From positions 128,001 to 192,000 of the forward strand of contig CAVPVX010000002.1 of the NCBI GenBank assembly GCA_963709345.1: a DNA stretch of 64,000 nt, given 5' to 3'. A model generated the notes under the pieces. That model saw only the letters and a list, made by a program, of their open reading frames with translations, did no database searches and had not been told where the DNA came from. The position numbers and the translations under genes are program-made. Below are positions 18,551-33,522 of the stretch, in pieces (positions within the stretch are counted from its first letter, which is position 1; the number at the start of each line of letters is the position of its first letter). Source of the DNA: an uncultured Actinomycetes bacterium. Its GTDB lineage: Bacteria; Actinomycetota; Thermoleophilia; UBA2241.

Positions 18551-18569
18551 AGATCAGCGACGGGCGGCG

Positions 18570-19613
18570 CTACCGGCCCCGCGGCCGGGAGTTGCGCTTG
18601 CTCTTGACGAGGACATCGAACTCCTCGAGGTACTTGCCGGATCCGACGGCTACGCAGGTGAGCGGCGATTCCGCTAGATGTACCGGCATCTGGGTCTCTT
18701 CGCGCAGGCGCTCGGGGAGCCCCTGCAGCAGCGAGCCGCCGCCGGCGAGCATGATGCCGCGGTCCATGATGTCGCTGGCGAGCTCCGGAGGTGTCTTGTC
18801 GAGCGTCGCCTTGATCGCGTCGATGATCGCCTGTGTCGGCTCCTCAAGGGCGGCCCGCACCTCTTCAGACGACAGGACGATGGTCTTGGGCAGGCCGGTG
18901 ACGAGATCGCGACCGCGGATCTCGGCCTGCTCCTCCTGTGGCAGCGGGTAGGCCGAGCCGATCTCAAGCTTGATCTCCTCCGACGTCTGGCTGCCGATGA
19001 GGAGCTTGTACTCCTTCTTGACGTAGCTGATGATCGCCTCGTCGAGCTCGTCGCCGCCGACCCGGATCGACTGGCTGACGACGATGCCGCCGAGGGAGAT
19101 CACGGCCACTTCGCTGGTGCCGCCGCCGATGTCGACGATCATGCTCCCGGTGGGCTCGGCGACCGGAAGGCCGGCGCCGATAGCGGCGGCCATCGGCTCC
19201 TCGATCAGGGTCGCCCAGCGGGCGCCGGCCGAGTAGGTCGCCTCCTCGACGGCGCGTTTCTCGACGCCGGTGACACCGCTGGGCACGCAGATGACCACGC
19301 GCGGGTGCGCCCAGCGGTTCTGCATGACCTTGCGGATGAAGTGACGGAGCATCTGCTCCGTGATGTCGAAGTCGGCGATGACGCCGTCTTTGAGCGGCCG
19401 CACGGCGCTGATCGTCGCCGGCGTGCGGCCGAGCATGCGCTTGGCCTCCCCGCCGACGGCGTGGACCTCGCCGCTGCGGTGGTCGATGGCGACGACGGAC
19501 GGCTCGCTGAGCACGATGCCGCGGCCGCGGAGATAGACGAGCGTATTGGCGGTTCCGAGATCCACCGCCATGTCGCGGGCGCCGAAGCCCGTCACGAAGC
19601 CGAGGAAGCTGAT
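18570..19613 (-). CDS. mreB: rod shape-determining protein MreB (start ATC 19613, GTG 19595 or ATG 19571)
   Basis: [35 protein letters not shown]. Confidence 0.97.
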   Translation of the reverse strand: MSFLGFVTGFGARDMAVDLGTANTLVYLRGRGIVLSEPSVVAIDHRSGEVHAVGGEAKRMLGRTPATISAVRPLKDGVIADFDITEQMLRHFIRKVMQNRWAHPRVVICVPSGVTGVEKRAVEEATYSAGARWATLIEEPMAAAIGAGLPVAEPTGSMIVDIGGGTSEVAVISLGGIVVSQSIRVGGDELDEAIISYVKKEYKLLIGSQTSEEIKLEIGSAYPLPQEEQAEIRGRDLVTGLPKTIVLSSEEVRAALEEPTQAIIDAIKATLDKTPPELASDIMDRGIMLAGGGSLLQGLPERLREETQMPVHLAESPLTCVAVGSGKYLEEFDVLVKSKRNSRPRGR

Positions 19614-19785
19614 GAGGAGCTCCTTTCGGTGAGATGTCGAACAGCGATTGTATACGGTGCCCCCACCCATAGCTACCGGCGGCAGGCTCGCCGCGACGGG
19701 CGGCAGGGAGACGCGCAGCGTCTGATTCGGCGCCCGGAGACCAGTCCCTCCCGACCGTCCGGGCGGGCAGCTCAGGCGTGGTGCG

Positions 19786-20445
19786 TCAGGAGGACGGCGG
19801 CGCGCCGAGCCAGCCGAAAGGAGGCACGCCAAAGGCCGCCAGAAGCCGCAGCAGCTCCGCGACCGGCAGACCCACGACGTTGAAGTAGTCGCCTTCGACG
19901 TGCTTCACCAGCGCCGACCCGATGCCTTGGATCGCGTAGGCGCCGGCGCGGTCGCGCCACTCGCCGCAGGCGACATACGCTGCGAGATCGGCGTCGGTGA
20001 GCGGGCGGAAGGTCACGCCGGTGATCACATGATTCGCGACCGCCATCTTCCTCGAAGTGAGGTACAGACCGCTGTACACCTCGTGACGTCGGGCGGCGAG
20101 GCGGCGCAGGTAGCGCGCCGCCTCCGCGGCGTCGGCCGCCTTGCCAAGGATCTCGCCGCCGCTGACCACCACCGTGTCGACGCCCAGCACCAGCTCGCCG
20201 GGCCGCAGATCGGCCCGGGTGAGAACGTCCTCGGCCTTGCCCCTGGCGTTCTGCTGAACGGTGTGGGCGGGGTCTCCGTCGCGGACGTCTTCAGCGTGCT
20301 CGCTGACCACGACCCGAAAGGGGATCGAGAGCTGCTCGAGCAGCGCCCGGCGCTGCGGCGAACGGGACGCGAGGACCAGCCGAACCGGCGGCCGAGTCGG
20401 CATCGCGCCTTGCGGCGCGCCCGCGGCGTGAGGCGGAGCGCTCAT
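19786..20445 (-). CDS. maf: Maf nucleotide pyrophosphatase
   Basis: [35 protein letters not shown]. Confidence 0.93.
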   Translation of the reverse strand: MSAPPHAAGAPQGAMPTRPPVRLVLASRSPQRRALLEQLSIPFRVVVSEHAEDVRDGDPAHTVQQNARGKAEDVLTRADLRPGELVLGVDTVVVSGGEILGKAADAAEAARYLRRLAARRHEVYSGLYLTSRKMAVANHVITGVTFRPLTDADLAAYVACGEWRDRAGAYAIQGIGSALVKHVEGDYFNVVGLPVAELLRLLAAFGVPPFGWLGAPPSS

Positions 20446-20446
20446 G

Positions 20447-20860
20447 CTAGACGAGCTCACCCTCGCCGAAGAACAACCCGATCTCCCGGGCGGCGCTCTC
20501 CGGGCCGTCCGAGCCGTGGATGACGTTCTCCTCCTTGCTGAGCGAGAAGTCGCCGCGGATCGTGCCGGGCGCGGCTTGAGCCGAGTCGGTGACTCCCATC
20601 ATGGCGCGAGCGACGGTGACGGCCTCCCGGCCCTCCCACACCATGGCCACGACCGGGCCCGAGGTGATGAACGCGGCGAGACTTTCGTAGAACGGCTTGC
20701 CGACGTGTTCCGCGTAGTGCCGCTCGGCGAGATCGCGGTCGATGCGCAGCACCTTGATGCCACGCAGCACGAAACCGCGGCGCTCGAAGCGGGCGACGAT
20801 CTCGCCGACGAGCCCGCGGGCGACGCCGTTGGGTTTGACCATGATGAACGTACGCTCCAT
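20447..20860 (-). CDS. ndk: nucleoside diphosphate kinase
   Basis: [28 protein letters not shown]. Confidence 0.97.
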   Translation of the reverse strand: MERTFIMVKPNGVARGLVGEIVARFERRGFVLRGIKVLRIDRDLAERHYAEHVGKPFYESLAAFITSGPVVAMVWEGREAVTVARAMMGVTDSAQAAPGTIRGDFSLSKEENVIHGSDGPESAAREIGLFFGEGELV

Positions 20861-20946
20861 AAGAGAGACCTCCGGGATGTGATGAGAAGAGAGCCGTGGA
20901 AGTCCGGCCGCCGGTGTCGCCGGCGCCGTCTCGCCTCCGGCGCGGG

Positions 20947-21486
20947 CTACACGCGATCGAACGCCGGCGGGGCCATCTGCACGTCGGTCTCGCAGTACGG
21001 GCAGACGCGCCACTGCGGATCGATGGGCTTGCGGCACGAGGGACATGAGGTCCGGAGCCGGCGCCCACACGTCGGGCACACCAGGTAGTCCTCGCGCACC
21101 GGCGTCTTGCAGAACGAGCAGCGCTCTTCCTCGCCGATGCGCTGCTCCATCATGAGCACCTCGAGTTCCCGCTCCCGGCGGTCGGCGATGGTCTCCGCCG
21201 GCCGGACGATGGCGTAGACGATCAGCCCGACGGGCCCGAAGACGATCCCGGTGAGCACCGCGACGGCCAGCACGATCCTGTCGTCGATGCGGCGGCGGGC
21301 ATCCTTGAACACCCAGAAGGCGCACGAGACCCAGAGCACCACGAGGAAGAAGTAGAACATCAGCGTGACGAAGCGCCAGGCGGGCGACGTGAAGAAATCC
21401 ATCACCGATTGGAACGGGTTGCTGCTGTCGGTCGTCGTCTTGGTAACGGTGGTCTTCGTGGCCGCGAGGATGATCCAGTGAGGCAC
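20947..21486 (-). CDS. membrane protein with double zinc-ribbon domain
   Basis: Two TMs then CSFC/CPTC/CPSC/CPYC; RBS GAGGAAGG. Confidence 0.8.
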   Translation of the reverse strand: MPHWIILAATKTTVTKTTTDSSNPFQSVMDFFTSPAWRFVTLMFYFFLVVLWVSCAFWVFKDARRRIDDRIVLAVAVLTGIVFGPVGLIVYAIVRPAETIADRRERELEVLMMEQRIGEEERCSFCKTPVREDYLVCPTCGRRLRTSCPSCRKPIDPQWRVCPYCETDVQMAPPAFDRV

Positions 21487-21566
21487 CCTTCCTCCTCAGG
21501 AGAGCTCCGTCGAGGGTGCCTCCGGCCCCTCCACGCGATGACGGCCGCAGGCGCGAGCGGAGAGGA

Positions 21567-23048
21567 TCAGCCCCCCGCCGGCGTATCCGACCGGCTGGCC
21601 TCGGCGACCAGCGCCGCAATCATACCCGAGAATATCCTGCCGTGGACAGGATAGAGTCCGTACCAGTAGGCAAGGCCGGGCAGGCCGCGCGGCGCGAAGT
21701 ACGCGGTCTGCACCAGCAGCGTGCCGTCCCCGCGCGGGAGCGTCTCGAACTGGAGCCAGGCCGAGCCCGGCACCTTCATCTCCGCGCGGAGACGCAGCAG
21801 ACGCCCGGTCTCGACCGCCTCCACGCGCCAGAAGTCGAGCGCGTCGCCGACGCGGAGGTCGTCGGGGTCGCGGCGGCCGCGGCGCAGCCCGACGCCGCCG
21901 ACGAGACGGTCGGCGGCGCCGCGCAGCTCCCAGGCCCAATCCCAGGCGCGGTAGCCGCGCTCACCGCCGATCGTCAGAAGCACGTCGAAGACATCCTCCG
22001 GAGGCGCGTCGACCACGGCCTGGCGACGCTCGATCAGCTTGCCCTCCTGAGTGGCCAGCGCGACCGGCTGCACGTCCCCTCCGCTGGTCACCAGCGCATC
22101 CGCCCAGCTCGTCTCGACCTCTCCCGTGTCGAGACTCGCGACCGCCGCGCACACCGCGGTCAGGTATCCCACCGGGTGGATCGCGGGGAACAGGTCGTGA
22201 GCGCACTGGTCCCGTACCACCGTCTCGTTGCGCAGGCCCTCGATCAGGGGGCGGGCGATCGTTGCCGGGATAGGGGTCACGAGGTGGACCCAGTAGGACG
22301 AAAGCTTGGGCGTCAACACGGGGACAGGCTGCAGGCGCCGCCGGAGGCCGCGGGCCCGGGCGTAGCCGCGCATCATGTCGCCGTACGTGAGGACGTCCGA
22401 GCCCCCGATCTCGACGATGCGCCCTGCGCTCCCGCGGACGTCCAGCGCCGCGACGAGATACCGGAGCAGGTCGTCCACGGCGATCGGCTGGACGCGCGTG
22501 TACACCCACTGGGGACAGATCATGACCGGGAGACGCTCGGTGAGGTAGCGGATCATCTCGAACGAGATGCTGCCGGAGCCCACGACGACGGCCGCCCGGA
22601 ACTCGGTCACCGGCACGCCCGCCTCGCGCAGAGCCTCGCCGGTCTCCTGCCGGGACCGCAGGTGCTTCGAGAGGTCGGCGGCCGGATCACCGAGGCCGCC
22701 AAGGTAGACGATGCGCTGCACACCGGCGCGGGAGGCGGCCCCCGCAAAGGCCCGCGCCGCCGCCAGGTCACGCTCGCGATAGCCCTCTCCGCGAGCCATC
22801 GAATGGATCAGGTAGTAGGCGACGGCGACGCCGGCCAGAGCCTCGTCGAGACTCGCCGGCCGCAAGACGTCGCCGGTGGCGATCTCGACGCGCGACGCCC
22901 AGTCACGGCCCTCGAGACGGCGCGGGTCGCGCACCATCACACGTACCCGGCGACCCGCGTCGAGCAGCCTCGGGACGAGGCGTCCACCCACGTATCCGGT
23001 GGCGCCGCTGACGAGGATCAGGGGACCGGCAGACGACTGGGTATCCAT
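21567..23048 (-). CDS. NAD(P)-binding SDR-like protein with DUF2867 (YbjT-like)
   Basis: [49 protein letters not shown]. Confidence 0.85.
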   Translation of the reverse strand: MDTQSSAGPLILVSGATGYVGGRLVPRLLDAGRRVRVMVRDPRRLEGRDWASRVEIATGDVLRPASLDEALAGVAVAYYLIHSMARGEGYRERDLAAARAFAGAASRAGVQRIVYLGGLGDPAADLSKHLRSRQETGEALREAGVPVTEFRAAVVVGSGSISFEMIRYLTERLPVMICPQWVYTRVQPIAVDDLLRYLVAALDVRGSAGRIVEIGGSDVLTYGDMMRGYARARGLRRRLQPVPVLTPKLSSYWVHLVTPIPATIARPLIEGLRNETVVRDQCAHDLFPAIHPVGYLTAVCAAVASLDTGEVETSWADALVTSGGDVQPVALATQEGKLIERRQAVVDAPPEDVFDVLLTIGGERGYRAWDWAWELRGAADRLVGGVGLRRGRRDPDDLRVGDALDFWRVEAVETGRLLRLRAEMKVPGSAWLQFETLPRGDGTLLVQTAYFAPRGLPGLAYWYGLYPVHGRIFSGMIAALVAEASRSDTPAGG

Positions 23049-23093
23049 TGTCCCTCCTGCGGCCGCCGAGGCCGACGCGGGTGGCGTGTGAGC

Positions 23094-23240
23094 CTAGAAG
23101 ATACCCGGGAAGGCTGGAGCGAATGCGGCAAGCTTCATGCCGATGAGGTAGCCGACGAAGAAGGCGACGAGCGCGACGGCGATAACGATCAGGAGCGCGA
23201 CCAGGAACCGTACGGCCGGATGCGCTTTCTTCTGTGCCAT
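23094..23240 (-). CDS. 48-aa single-TM small protein
   Basis: MAQKKAHPAVRFLVALLIVIAVALVAFFVGYLIGMKLAAFAPAFPGIF*; RBS GGAGGGG; below ORF-track cutoff. Confidence 0.7.
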   Translation of the reverse strand: MAQKKAHPAVRFLVALLIVIAVALVAFFVGYLIGMKLAAFAPAFPGIF

Positions 23241-23297
23241 TCACCCCTCCACGAGTCTGCGCCAGTATACCCGACCACCGAGGCCGGACAAGCAGGC

Positions 23298-24767
23298 TCA
23301 GAGGCCTCCGGCGAGAACGTCGCGCAGGTCCTCAAGGAGGTACAGGGATCCACCGATCAGGACGCTGCCGCGCGGCCCCGCAAGCTCGAGAGCGCGGTCG
23401 AGCGCGCCGTGGGCGTCGGGGACGCTCTCCACCAGCGCCGGCGCCGCGGATGCCGCCGCTGCGCGGGCCGCCGCCGCCAGCTCGTCCGCGGTAAGGCTGC
23501 GCGCCTCGTCGGCCTGCGTGCAGACGACCGCGTCGAGCAGCGGCAGCAGCCCCCGGAGCATCTCCTCGTACTGCTTGTCGCGCATGATGGCGAGGACGCC
23601 GATGGTAGGCCGCGGCACGTCCACGGCGCCGAGGCTCCGCGCGAGAACGCGCACGCCGTCCGGGTTGTGGGCGCCGTCCGCGAGCACCAGCGGCCGCTCG
23701 CCTATCTTCTGCAGGCGTCCGGGCACGGCCGTGGTCGCCAGGGCCCGACGCACGGCCGCCTCGTCAAGGCGGCCGAGCAGCAGACGAGCCGCGGCGACAG
23801 CCAACGCCGCATTGTGGACCTGGTAGAGCGCCGGTGTGGGCACGCTGAGCCCGGACCAGCGCTCGGGCGCGGACCCCTCGCCGCCGGTCATCGTCACGGC
23901 GAAGTCGGGCGGGACGCCTTCCACTACGAAGTCGCCCTCGTGACTCACGACGCCGGGACGCGGGTCGACATCCGCCGGCGGCAGTCCCGTCGGGCCCCCC
24001 GCGGCTTCCATGCTCGCGGAGCGCAGGAAGTACGGGGCGGCGCCGGCCGAGGCGCAGGCGCGACGCGCCTCCGTCTCGAGGCCGTCGAGCTCGCCGAATA
24101 CGACATCGCCCCCTTTGATCACGGCCGCCTTCTCCGCGAAGATGAGCTCTCTCGTGTCGCCCAGCACCTCAGTGTGCTCGAGTGCGATGTTCGTGAGGAC
24201 GACGACGGGCGCCCAGACGACGTTGGTCGCGTCGAGGCGCCCCCCGAGCCCCGCCTCCAGCGCCACCGCCTCCATCCCGCTCTCCGCGAACGCCAGCAGA
24301 GCGGCCACTGTGAGTACCTCGAACTGCGTGGTCTCCCCCAGATCCCCGCGCAGACCGGCGACCTCACGGGCGACCCGCTCGACGGCGGCGCCGAGGAGGG
24401 CGTCGGACACAGGGCGCCCATCCACGAGCACACGCTCGCTCCAACCCGAGATGTGCGGCGAGAGATACGCGCCGGACCGCAGGCCGTGAGCACGGAGCAG
24501 AGCCTCGCAGTACCGCACCGTCGACGACTTGCCGTTCGTGCCGACCACGTGGATGACCCGATACGACTCGTGAGGGCGACCGAGCACGTCGAGAAGAGCG
24601 CTCACGCGCTCCAGCCCCGGCCTCATACCGAAGGCCGCGAGCGAGACCAGGTACGCCTGCCACGAGCCGGAGGCGGAGGCGGCGGGCGTGAGCACGTCGC
24701 CGGCGCCGCCGCCACGCGATTCCGCGCGCCCCGAGCCGGACGGCGGAGCAGCAGCCGTGCCGCTCAC
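23298..24767 (-). CDS. folC: folylpolyglutamate synthase/dihydrofolate synthase
   Basis: HVVGTNGKSST, LEAGLGGRLDATN, EKAAVIK, DGAHNP, GSLYL; start uncertain. Confidence 0.93.
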   Translation of the reverse strand: MSGTAAAPPSGSGRAESRGGGAGDVLTPAASASGSWQAYLVSLAAFGMRPGLERVSALLDVLGRPHESYRVIHVVGTNGKSSTVRYCEALLRAHGLRSGAYLSPHISGWSERVLVDGRPVSDALLGAAVERVAREVAGLRGDLGETTQFEVLTVAALLAFAESGMEAVALEAGLGGRLDATNVVWAPVVVLTNIALEHTEVLGDTRELIFAEKAAVIKGGDVVFGELDGLETEARRACASAGAAPYFLRSASMEAAGGPTGLPPADVDPRPGVVSHEGDFVVEGVPPDFAVTMTGGEGSAPERWSGLSVPTPALYQVHNAALAVAAARLLLGRLDEAAVRRALATTAVPGRLQKIGERPLVLADGAHNPDGVRVLARSLGAVDVPRPTIGVLAIMRDKQYEEMLRGLLPLLDAVVCTQADEARSLTADELAAAARAAAASAAPALVESVPDAHGALDRALELAGPRGSVLIGGSLYLLEDLRDVLAGGL

Positions 24768-24777
24768 GGCGCCGCCC

Positions 24778-27414
24778 TCACTCCTCGCGCAACTGCGCGA
24801 GACGGGCGGCGAGGCCGTCGCGGTCGGCAACGTACCCGGCAAGCTTCTCGCGCTCCTTGGTGACGACGGCCTTGGGGGCTCGCCCGACGAACTTCTCGTT
24901 CGCAAGCTTGGCCTCCCCGCGCTCGACCTCCACCTGTACCCTGGCCAGTTGCTGCTCGAGCCGGGCCACCTCCTCGGCCCTGTCGACGGCGGCGGCGACG
25001 TCGAGGCGGCCACCGGGGATACGCACGACGGTGGCGTCGGCAGGCGCGTCGCCGTCGAAGGCGATCTCCGTCTTCGCGAGCGCGCGGATCGCGGCGGCGT
25101 AGGGGGCATATCTCGCCGCCGCGCCGTCACCGTCACCGGCGAACACCGCCTTGAGCACCTTGCCCGGAGGCACTTCGGCCTCGGCGCGCAGGCGCCGCAG
25201 CGCGTCGACCGCCGCCTGCAGGTCGCCGATCGCTGCTTCGGCGTCGGGAGCGAGCTGCGCCTCGTCGCGCCGCGGGTGCCGCTGCTCCAGCAGCGGCGCG
25301 GTGCCGTACTGCGCCGCGATCTCCTCGGTGACGAACGGGAGGAACGGGTGCAACAGCCGGACGATCTGGTCGAGCATGTGGCGCGCATGCCCTGCGGCCC
25401 CCGCCTTCTCGGCCTCGTCGTCTCCGTACAGCCGCACTTTGACGAGCTCGAGGTACCAGTCGCAGAACTCGTTCCAGACGAAGTGGTAGAGCGTGTCGAC
25501 GGCGGCGGTGAAGTCGTAGACGGCGACCGCCTCCTCCACGGCCACCAGACAGCCCTGGAAGCGGCTTGCGATCCAGCGGTCGACGACGTCGGCCTCGCTG
25601 CGCTCGGCCGCGTACCCCTCGCTGCCGAGAAGGACGAAGCGGGCGGCATTCCACAGCTTGTTGGCGAAGCCGCGGCCCATGGCGATCTTCTCTTCGCTGA
25701 AGCGCACGTCCTGGGCACTGCTCATGAGCAGCAGGCCGAAGCGCGTGGCGTCGGCGCCGTGCTTGTCGATCATCTCGAGCGGGTCGATGCCGGTGCCCAG
25801 ACTCTTGCTCATGCGCCGTCCATCCGGCGCCTGGATGACGGAGTGGATGTACACGTCGCGGAAGGGGATCTCGCCAACGAACTCGAGGCCCATCATGACC
25901 ATGCGCGCGACCCACAGGAAGATGATGTCGCGCGCCGTGCTCAGCACGTTGGTCGGATAGAAGTAGGCGAGGTCGGGAGTGTCGTCCGGCCAGCCGAAGG
26001 TGGCGAACGGCCACAGCGCCGAACTGAACCACGTGTCCAGGACGTCGGTCTCGCGATGCAGGGACGCGCCTCCGCACTTCGGGCACGCGGAGGGCGCCGT
26101 CTCGGCGACGATCGTCTCGCGGCACTCCTGGCTCTCGCAGTACCACACGGGGAGCTGATGCCCCCACCAGAGCTGGCGGCTGATGCACCACGGCCGCAGC
26201 TCGTCCATCCAGTCGATGTACACACGGCCCCAGCGCTCGGGGGTGAACGTCACCAGGCCGTCGCGGACGACCTCGGTCGCCGGCTTCTTGAGTTCGTCCA
26301 TGTCCATGAACCACTGCTCGCTGATCAGCGGCTCGATGGGCGTGCCGCAGCGATCGCAGGTGGCGACGCTGTGCGCGTAGTCCTCGACCTTCTCGAGGGC
26401 GCCGAGCTCGCGCAGGTCGGCGACGACGCGCTCGGCCGCCTCGTCGACCGCGAGGCCGGCGTAGGGGCCGCCGGCCGCGGTGATGCGGCCGTCCTGGCCG
26501 ATGGCTTGGACGGCCTCCAGCCCGTGCGTGCGGCCGATGTCGAAGTCGGTGAGGTCGTGGGCCGGCGTGATCTTGAGGGCGCCGGTACCGAAAGCGGGGT
26601 CGACGCGCTCGTCGGCCACGATCTTGAGCTCACGCCCGAGCAGGGGCAGCACGGCCGTCTTGCCCACGATACCGGCGTACCGCTCGTCGTCCGGATGCAC
26701 CGCCACCGCCGTGTCGCCGAGCATGGTCTCGGGCCGCGTGGTGGCGATCGTCACGCTGCCGCCGCCCTGTACCTCATAGCGGACGTGGTTCAGCGTGCCG
26801 GGCATCTCCTTGTAGGCCACCTCGAGGTCACTGATCGCCGTGCCGCAGCGAGGGCACCAGTTGACGAGATAGCTGCCCTTGGAGATGTACCCCTTCTCGT
26901 AGAGCGCGACGAAGACCTTGGTGACGGCGCGGGCGTAGCCGTCGTCGAAGGTGAACCGCTCACGCTCGTAGTCGCAGGCGCAGCCCAGACGCTTGAGCTG
27001 CGAGATGATCGTGCCGCCGTACTCGCGGCGCCACTCCCACACGCGCTCGACGAACTCCTCGCGGCCGAGATCCTCCTTGGTGCGCCCGTCGTTGCGCAGC
27101 ATCTTCTCGACGACGTTCTGCGTGGCGATGCCGGCATGATCGGTGCCCACCAGCCAGCAGGCGTTCTCGCCCAGCATGCGGTGGTAGCGCGTCAGGGCGT
27201 CCTGGATCGTGTCGTTGAGAGCGTGGCCCATGTGCAGTACGCCGGTGATGTTCGGCGGGGGGATGACGATCGAGTACGGCTCGCGGCCGGGGTCCGGCTC
27301 GGCGTGGAAGAGGTGCTCGTCCAGCCAGTGCCGCATCCAGCGGGCTTCAACGGCGGCGGGTTCGAAACGGGTGGTCTGCTGAAGATAGTCGGTGCCGCTG
27401 CTCGGGTCGCTCAT
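24778..27414 (-). CDS. valS: valine--tRNA ligase
   Basis: PPPNITGVLHMGH, DHAGIATQ, WCISRQLWWGH, RMSKS. Confidence 0.98.
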   Translation of the reverse strand: MSDPSSGTDYLQQTTRFEPAAVEARWMRHWLDEHLFHAEPDPGREPYSIVIPPPNITGVLHMGHALNDTIQDALTRYHRMLGENACWLVGTDHAGIATQNVVEKMLRNDGRTKEDLGREEFVERVWEWRREYGGTIISQLKRLGCACDYERERFTFDDGYARAVTKVFVALYEKGYISKGSYLVNWCPRCGTAISDLEVAYKEMPGTLNHVRYEVQGGGSVTIATTRPETMLGDTAVAVHPDDERYAGIVGKTAVLPLLGRELKIVADERVDPAFGTGALKITPAHDLTDFDIGRTHGLEAVQAIGQDGRITAAGGPYAGLAVDEAAERVVADLRELGALEKVEDYAHSVATCDRCGTPIEPLISEQWFMDMDELKKPATEVVRDGLVTFTPERWGRVYIDWMDELRPWCISRQLWWGHQLPVWYCESQECRETIVAETAPSACPKCGGASLHRETDVLDTWFSSALWPFATFGWPDDTPDLAYFYPTNVLSTARDIIFLWVARMVMMGLEFVGEIPFRDVYIHSVIQAPDGRRMSKSLGTGIDPLEMIDKHGADATRFGLLLMSSAQDVRFSEEKIAMGRGFANKLWNAARFVLLGSEGYAAERSEADVVDRWIASRFQGCLVAVEEAVAVYDFTAAVDTLYHFVWNEFCDWYLELVKVRLYGDDEAEKAGAAGHARHMLDQIVRLLHPFLPFVTEEIAAQYGTAPLLEQRHPRRDEAQLAPDAEAAIGDLQAAVDALRRLRAEAEVPPGKVLKAVFAGDGDGAAARYAPYAAAIRALAKTEIAFDGDAPADATVVRIPGGRLDVAAAVDRAEEVARLEQQLARVQVEVERGEAKLANEKFVGRAPKAVVTKEREKLAGYVADRDGLAARLAQLREE

Positions 27415-27544
27415 GGGCCTCAGTCTCGGTCTGCCCCGCGGGGCCGGGAGGCGCCGGGAGGACGGTTCACACGGATGAGCCCGCGCGCGGGCTCTGCGGC
27501 CGCAGGTCCGGCTCCGCCGCCCGCGGCCGAATGAGAAGTATACC

Positions 27545-27582
27545 GGGAGGCGGGCGGCGCTGCCGAGCGCCCGCCCGCTCCC
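27545..27582 (-). terminator. GC-rich hairpin after lon/zinc-ribbon ORF, just upstream of a TATACT -10 for valS
   Basis: GGGAGGCGGGCGGCGC...GCGCCCGCCCGCTCCC imperfect inverted repeat; TATACT at 27542-27537. Confidence 0.5.
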
Positions 27583-27770
27583 TACTCCGTCTCGGGCGGG
27601 GCGTCGCCGCCGCTGGCCTCAAGAGCGCAGACCTGGCAGAACTCGTGCGACCCCTCGATGAGGGCGCCGCACTGTGAGCAATGCTTCTCCAGTCTGCCGC
27701 TGCCCGCGTCCACGCCCGGCTCTTCGGTGGAACCCGGTGTCTGATGATCGTGGTCGTGCGTATCGTGCAT
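27582..27770 (-). CDS. 62-aa zinc-ribbon protein with His-rich N-terminus
   Basis: MHDTHDHDHQ...CSQCG....EFCQVCA; starts 1 nt after lon stop. Confidence 0.65.
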   Translation of the reverse strand: MHDTHDHDHQTPGSTEEPGVDAGSGRLEKHCSQCGALIEGSHEFCQVCALEASGGDAPPETE

Positions 27771-27771
27771 G

Positions 27772-30198
<2,427 letters not shown>

Positions 30199-30208
30199 GC
30201 CGGTCTGC

Positions 30209-31480
<1,272 letters not shown>

Positions 31481-31519
31481 CTCGCTCCTCCTCGTGCGAA
31501 GACGCCGTCGCTCGCCGCG

Positions 31520-32104
31520 TCAGCGGTGCGCGATGACGTCGTCGATGATGCCGTAATCCTTCGCTTCGGCCGCGCTCATGAAGTAGTCGCGCTCCGTGTC
31601 CGCGCGGACCTTGTCGATCTCCTGACCGGTGTGGTCGGCGATGATCTCGTCGAGCCGCTTGCGCAGGTTGAGGACTTCTCGCGCGTGGATCTCGATGTCT
31701 GTGGCCTGGCCCTCGTAGCCACCGGCCACCTGGTGGATGAGGACGCGGGCGTTGGGCAGCGCGAAGCGCTTGCCCTTGGCGCCACCGGCAAGCAGCAGCG
31801 CGCCCATGCTCATGGCGCTGCCGACGCAGATCGTACTCACGTCCGGCTTGATGAACTGCATGGTGTCGTAGATCGCCAGCCCCGCGTAGACGCTGCCGCC
31901 CGGGCTGTTGATGTACAGGCTGATGTCCTTGTCGGGGTCGTCGCTCTCCAGGTGGATGAGCTGCGCCACGATCAGGTTGGCGATCTCGTCGACCACGGGC
32001 GTCCCGAGGAAGACCACGCGCTCGTTCAGGAGCCGGGAGAAGATGTCGAAGGAACGCTCGCCGCGGCTGGTCTGCTCGATCACGAACGGTACAAGTGGAG
32101 TCAC
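31520..32104 (-). CDS. clpP: ClpP proteolytic subunit
   Basis: YINSPGG, AMSMGA, IHQ, DTERD. Confidence 0.98.
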   Translation of the reverse strand: MTPLVPFVIEQTSRGERSFDIFSRLLNERVVFLGTPVVDEIANLIVAQLIHLESDDPDKDISLYINSPGGSVYAGLAIYDTMQFIKPDVSTICVGSAMSMGALLLAGGAKGKRFALPNARVLIHQVAGGYEGQATDIEIHAREVLNLRKRLDEIIADHTGQEIDKVRADTERDYFMSAAEAKDYGIIDDVIAHR

Positions 32105-32160
32105 GTACTCACCCTCTTCGCGTTGACGTATGTCTCTCAGTGGTTCCCGGGCCGAAACGC

Positions 32161-33522
32161 TCAGTCGCCGTCCGGATCCACGGCGTCGGCCGTATCTTCG
32201 GCGGCGGCCTCTTCGGCCTCCGTCATGGCGATGGCCACGGCGCTCTCGACGACGAAGTCGGCGGCTTTCGCCACTAGCATTTCGTCGCGCAGCGCCTCAC
32301 GCCTGCCCGACTTCTCGAGATCCGACAGCAACTGCAGGTGGTCGCGCCCCAGGGCCTCGGCGTCGTGCTTGACCATCTCGGCGATGTCGTCGTCGGTCAC
32401 TTCGAGACCCTCGGCCTCGGCGATCGCCTCCAGCACCAACTGGCGCTTGATGACGAACTCGGCCTGCGGCCGCATCTCCTCCTCGATGTCTTCAGGGGTC
32501 TTCTCGAGCACGCCGAGATAGACATCCATCGTGAGACCCTGCTCGCCGACGCGCTCTTCGAGCTGGTGGAAGAGGCGGTGCGCCTCGCGGTCGACCATCG
32601 TCGACGGGACCGCCATGGTCGCGTGCTCGACCGCCTTCTCGACGGCGGCGGCGCGGAAGTCGCGCTGCGTGCCGGCCTCGGCGGCGGCCTCCAGTCGCTG
32701 CCGCACGTCGCCGCGCAGCTCGTCTATGGTCTCGAACTCGCTCACATCGGCGGCGAAGGCGTCGTCGAGCTCAGGCACGACCTTCGTCTTGACCTCCTTG
32801 ACGGCCACCTTGAAGACAGCCGGCTGCCCGGCGAGGTGCTCCGCGTGGTAGTCGGCCGGGAAGGTGACGTCGAATGACTTCTCGTCGCCCGGCTTGAGGC
32901 CCACCAAGTGCTCCTCGAAGCCGGGGATGAGGTTGCCGCGGCCGACCTCGAACATCTGGTCCTTGCCCTCGGCGCCCTCGATCGGCTCGCCGTCCTGCAG
33001 GCCCTCGAGATCCATCAGTACGAAGTCGTCCATCTCCACGGGACGGTCCTCGACGGGCTGCAGGCTCGCAAGCCGCTCCTGCAGCATGGCCAGCTGCGCC
33101 GAGACCTGCGCGTCGGTGACTTCGACCTCGCGCTTCGGTACCTCGAGCCCCTTGTACTCGCCGAGCGTCGGCGTGGGCATCATCTGCACCTTGATCGAGA
33201 ATGCATAGTCGGCCGCCTCGTCCAGGGGGCCGACCTGCAGGTCAGAGGTCCCGACCGCGTCGTCATAGAGACCGGAGTCACGCAGCGCCTCGTCGCCCCA
33301 CTCGGGGATCGCGTCTTCAAGCGCCTCGGTGCGGATGAAGTCGGCGCCGACGTTCTGGATCACCAGGTCGACCGGCACCCGCCCCTTGCGAAAACCGGGG
33401 AGCTGCATCTCGCCGCGCACCTTGGCGACGGCGCGGTCGTAGGCCTTCTTGACGGCTTCAGCCGGGATCTCGACGCTGAGCTCGACCTCGTTCTCGCCTG
33501 TGGGATTGACCTTCGTCTTCAC
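32161..33522 (-). CDS. tig: trigger factor
   Basis: PGFRKGRVP signature, IPGFEE, FPADYH; GTG start 33522. Confidence 0.95.
   Translation of the reverse strand: MKTKVNPTGENEVELSVEIPAEAVKKAYDRAVAKVRGEMQLPGFRKGRVPVDLVIQNVGADFIRTEALEDAIPEWGDEALRDSGLYDDAVGTSDLQVGPLDEAADYAFSIKVQMMPTPTLGEYKGLEVPKREVEVTDAQVSAQLAMLQERLASLQPVEDRPVEMDDFVLMDLEGLQDGEPIEGAEGKDQMFEVGRGNLIPGFEEHLVGLKPGDEKSFDVTFPADYHAEHLAGQPAVFKVAVKEVKTKVVPELDDAFAADVSEFETIDELRGDVRQRLEAAAEAGTQRDFRAAAVEKAVEHATMAVPSTMVDREAHRLFHQLEERVGEQGLTMDVYLGVLEKTPEDIEEEMRPQAEFVIKRQLVLEAIAEAEGLEVTDDDIAEMVKHDAEALGRDHLQLLSDLEKSGRREALRDEMLVAKAADFVVESAVAIAMTEAEEAAAEDTADAVDPDGD

Noticed and set aside
21516-24863. Long plus-strand ORFs (e.g. 1115 aa here, 948 aa at 24688, 915 aa at 29774, 836 aa at 7960)
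   Set aside because: Antisense shadows of real minus-strand genes, caused by high GC; no motifs.
27415-27536. Possible T-box riboswitch in the valS leader
   Set aside because: Leader is short and lacks the GGTGGNACCGCG T-box and a recognisable specifier stem.
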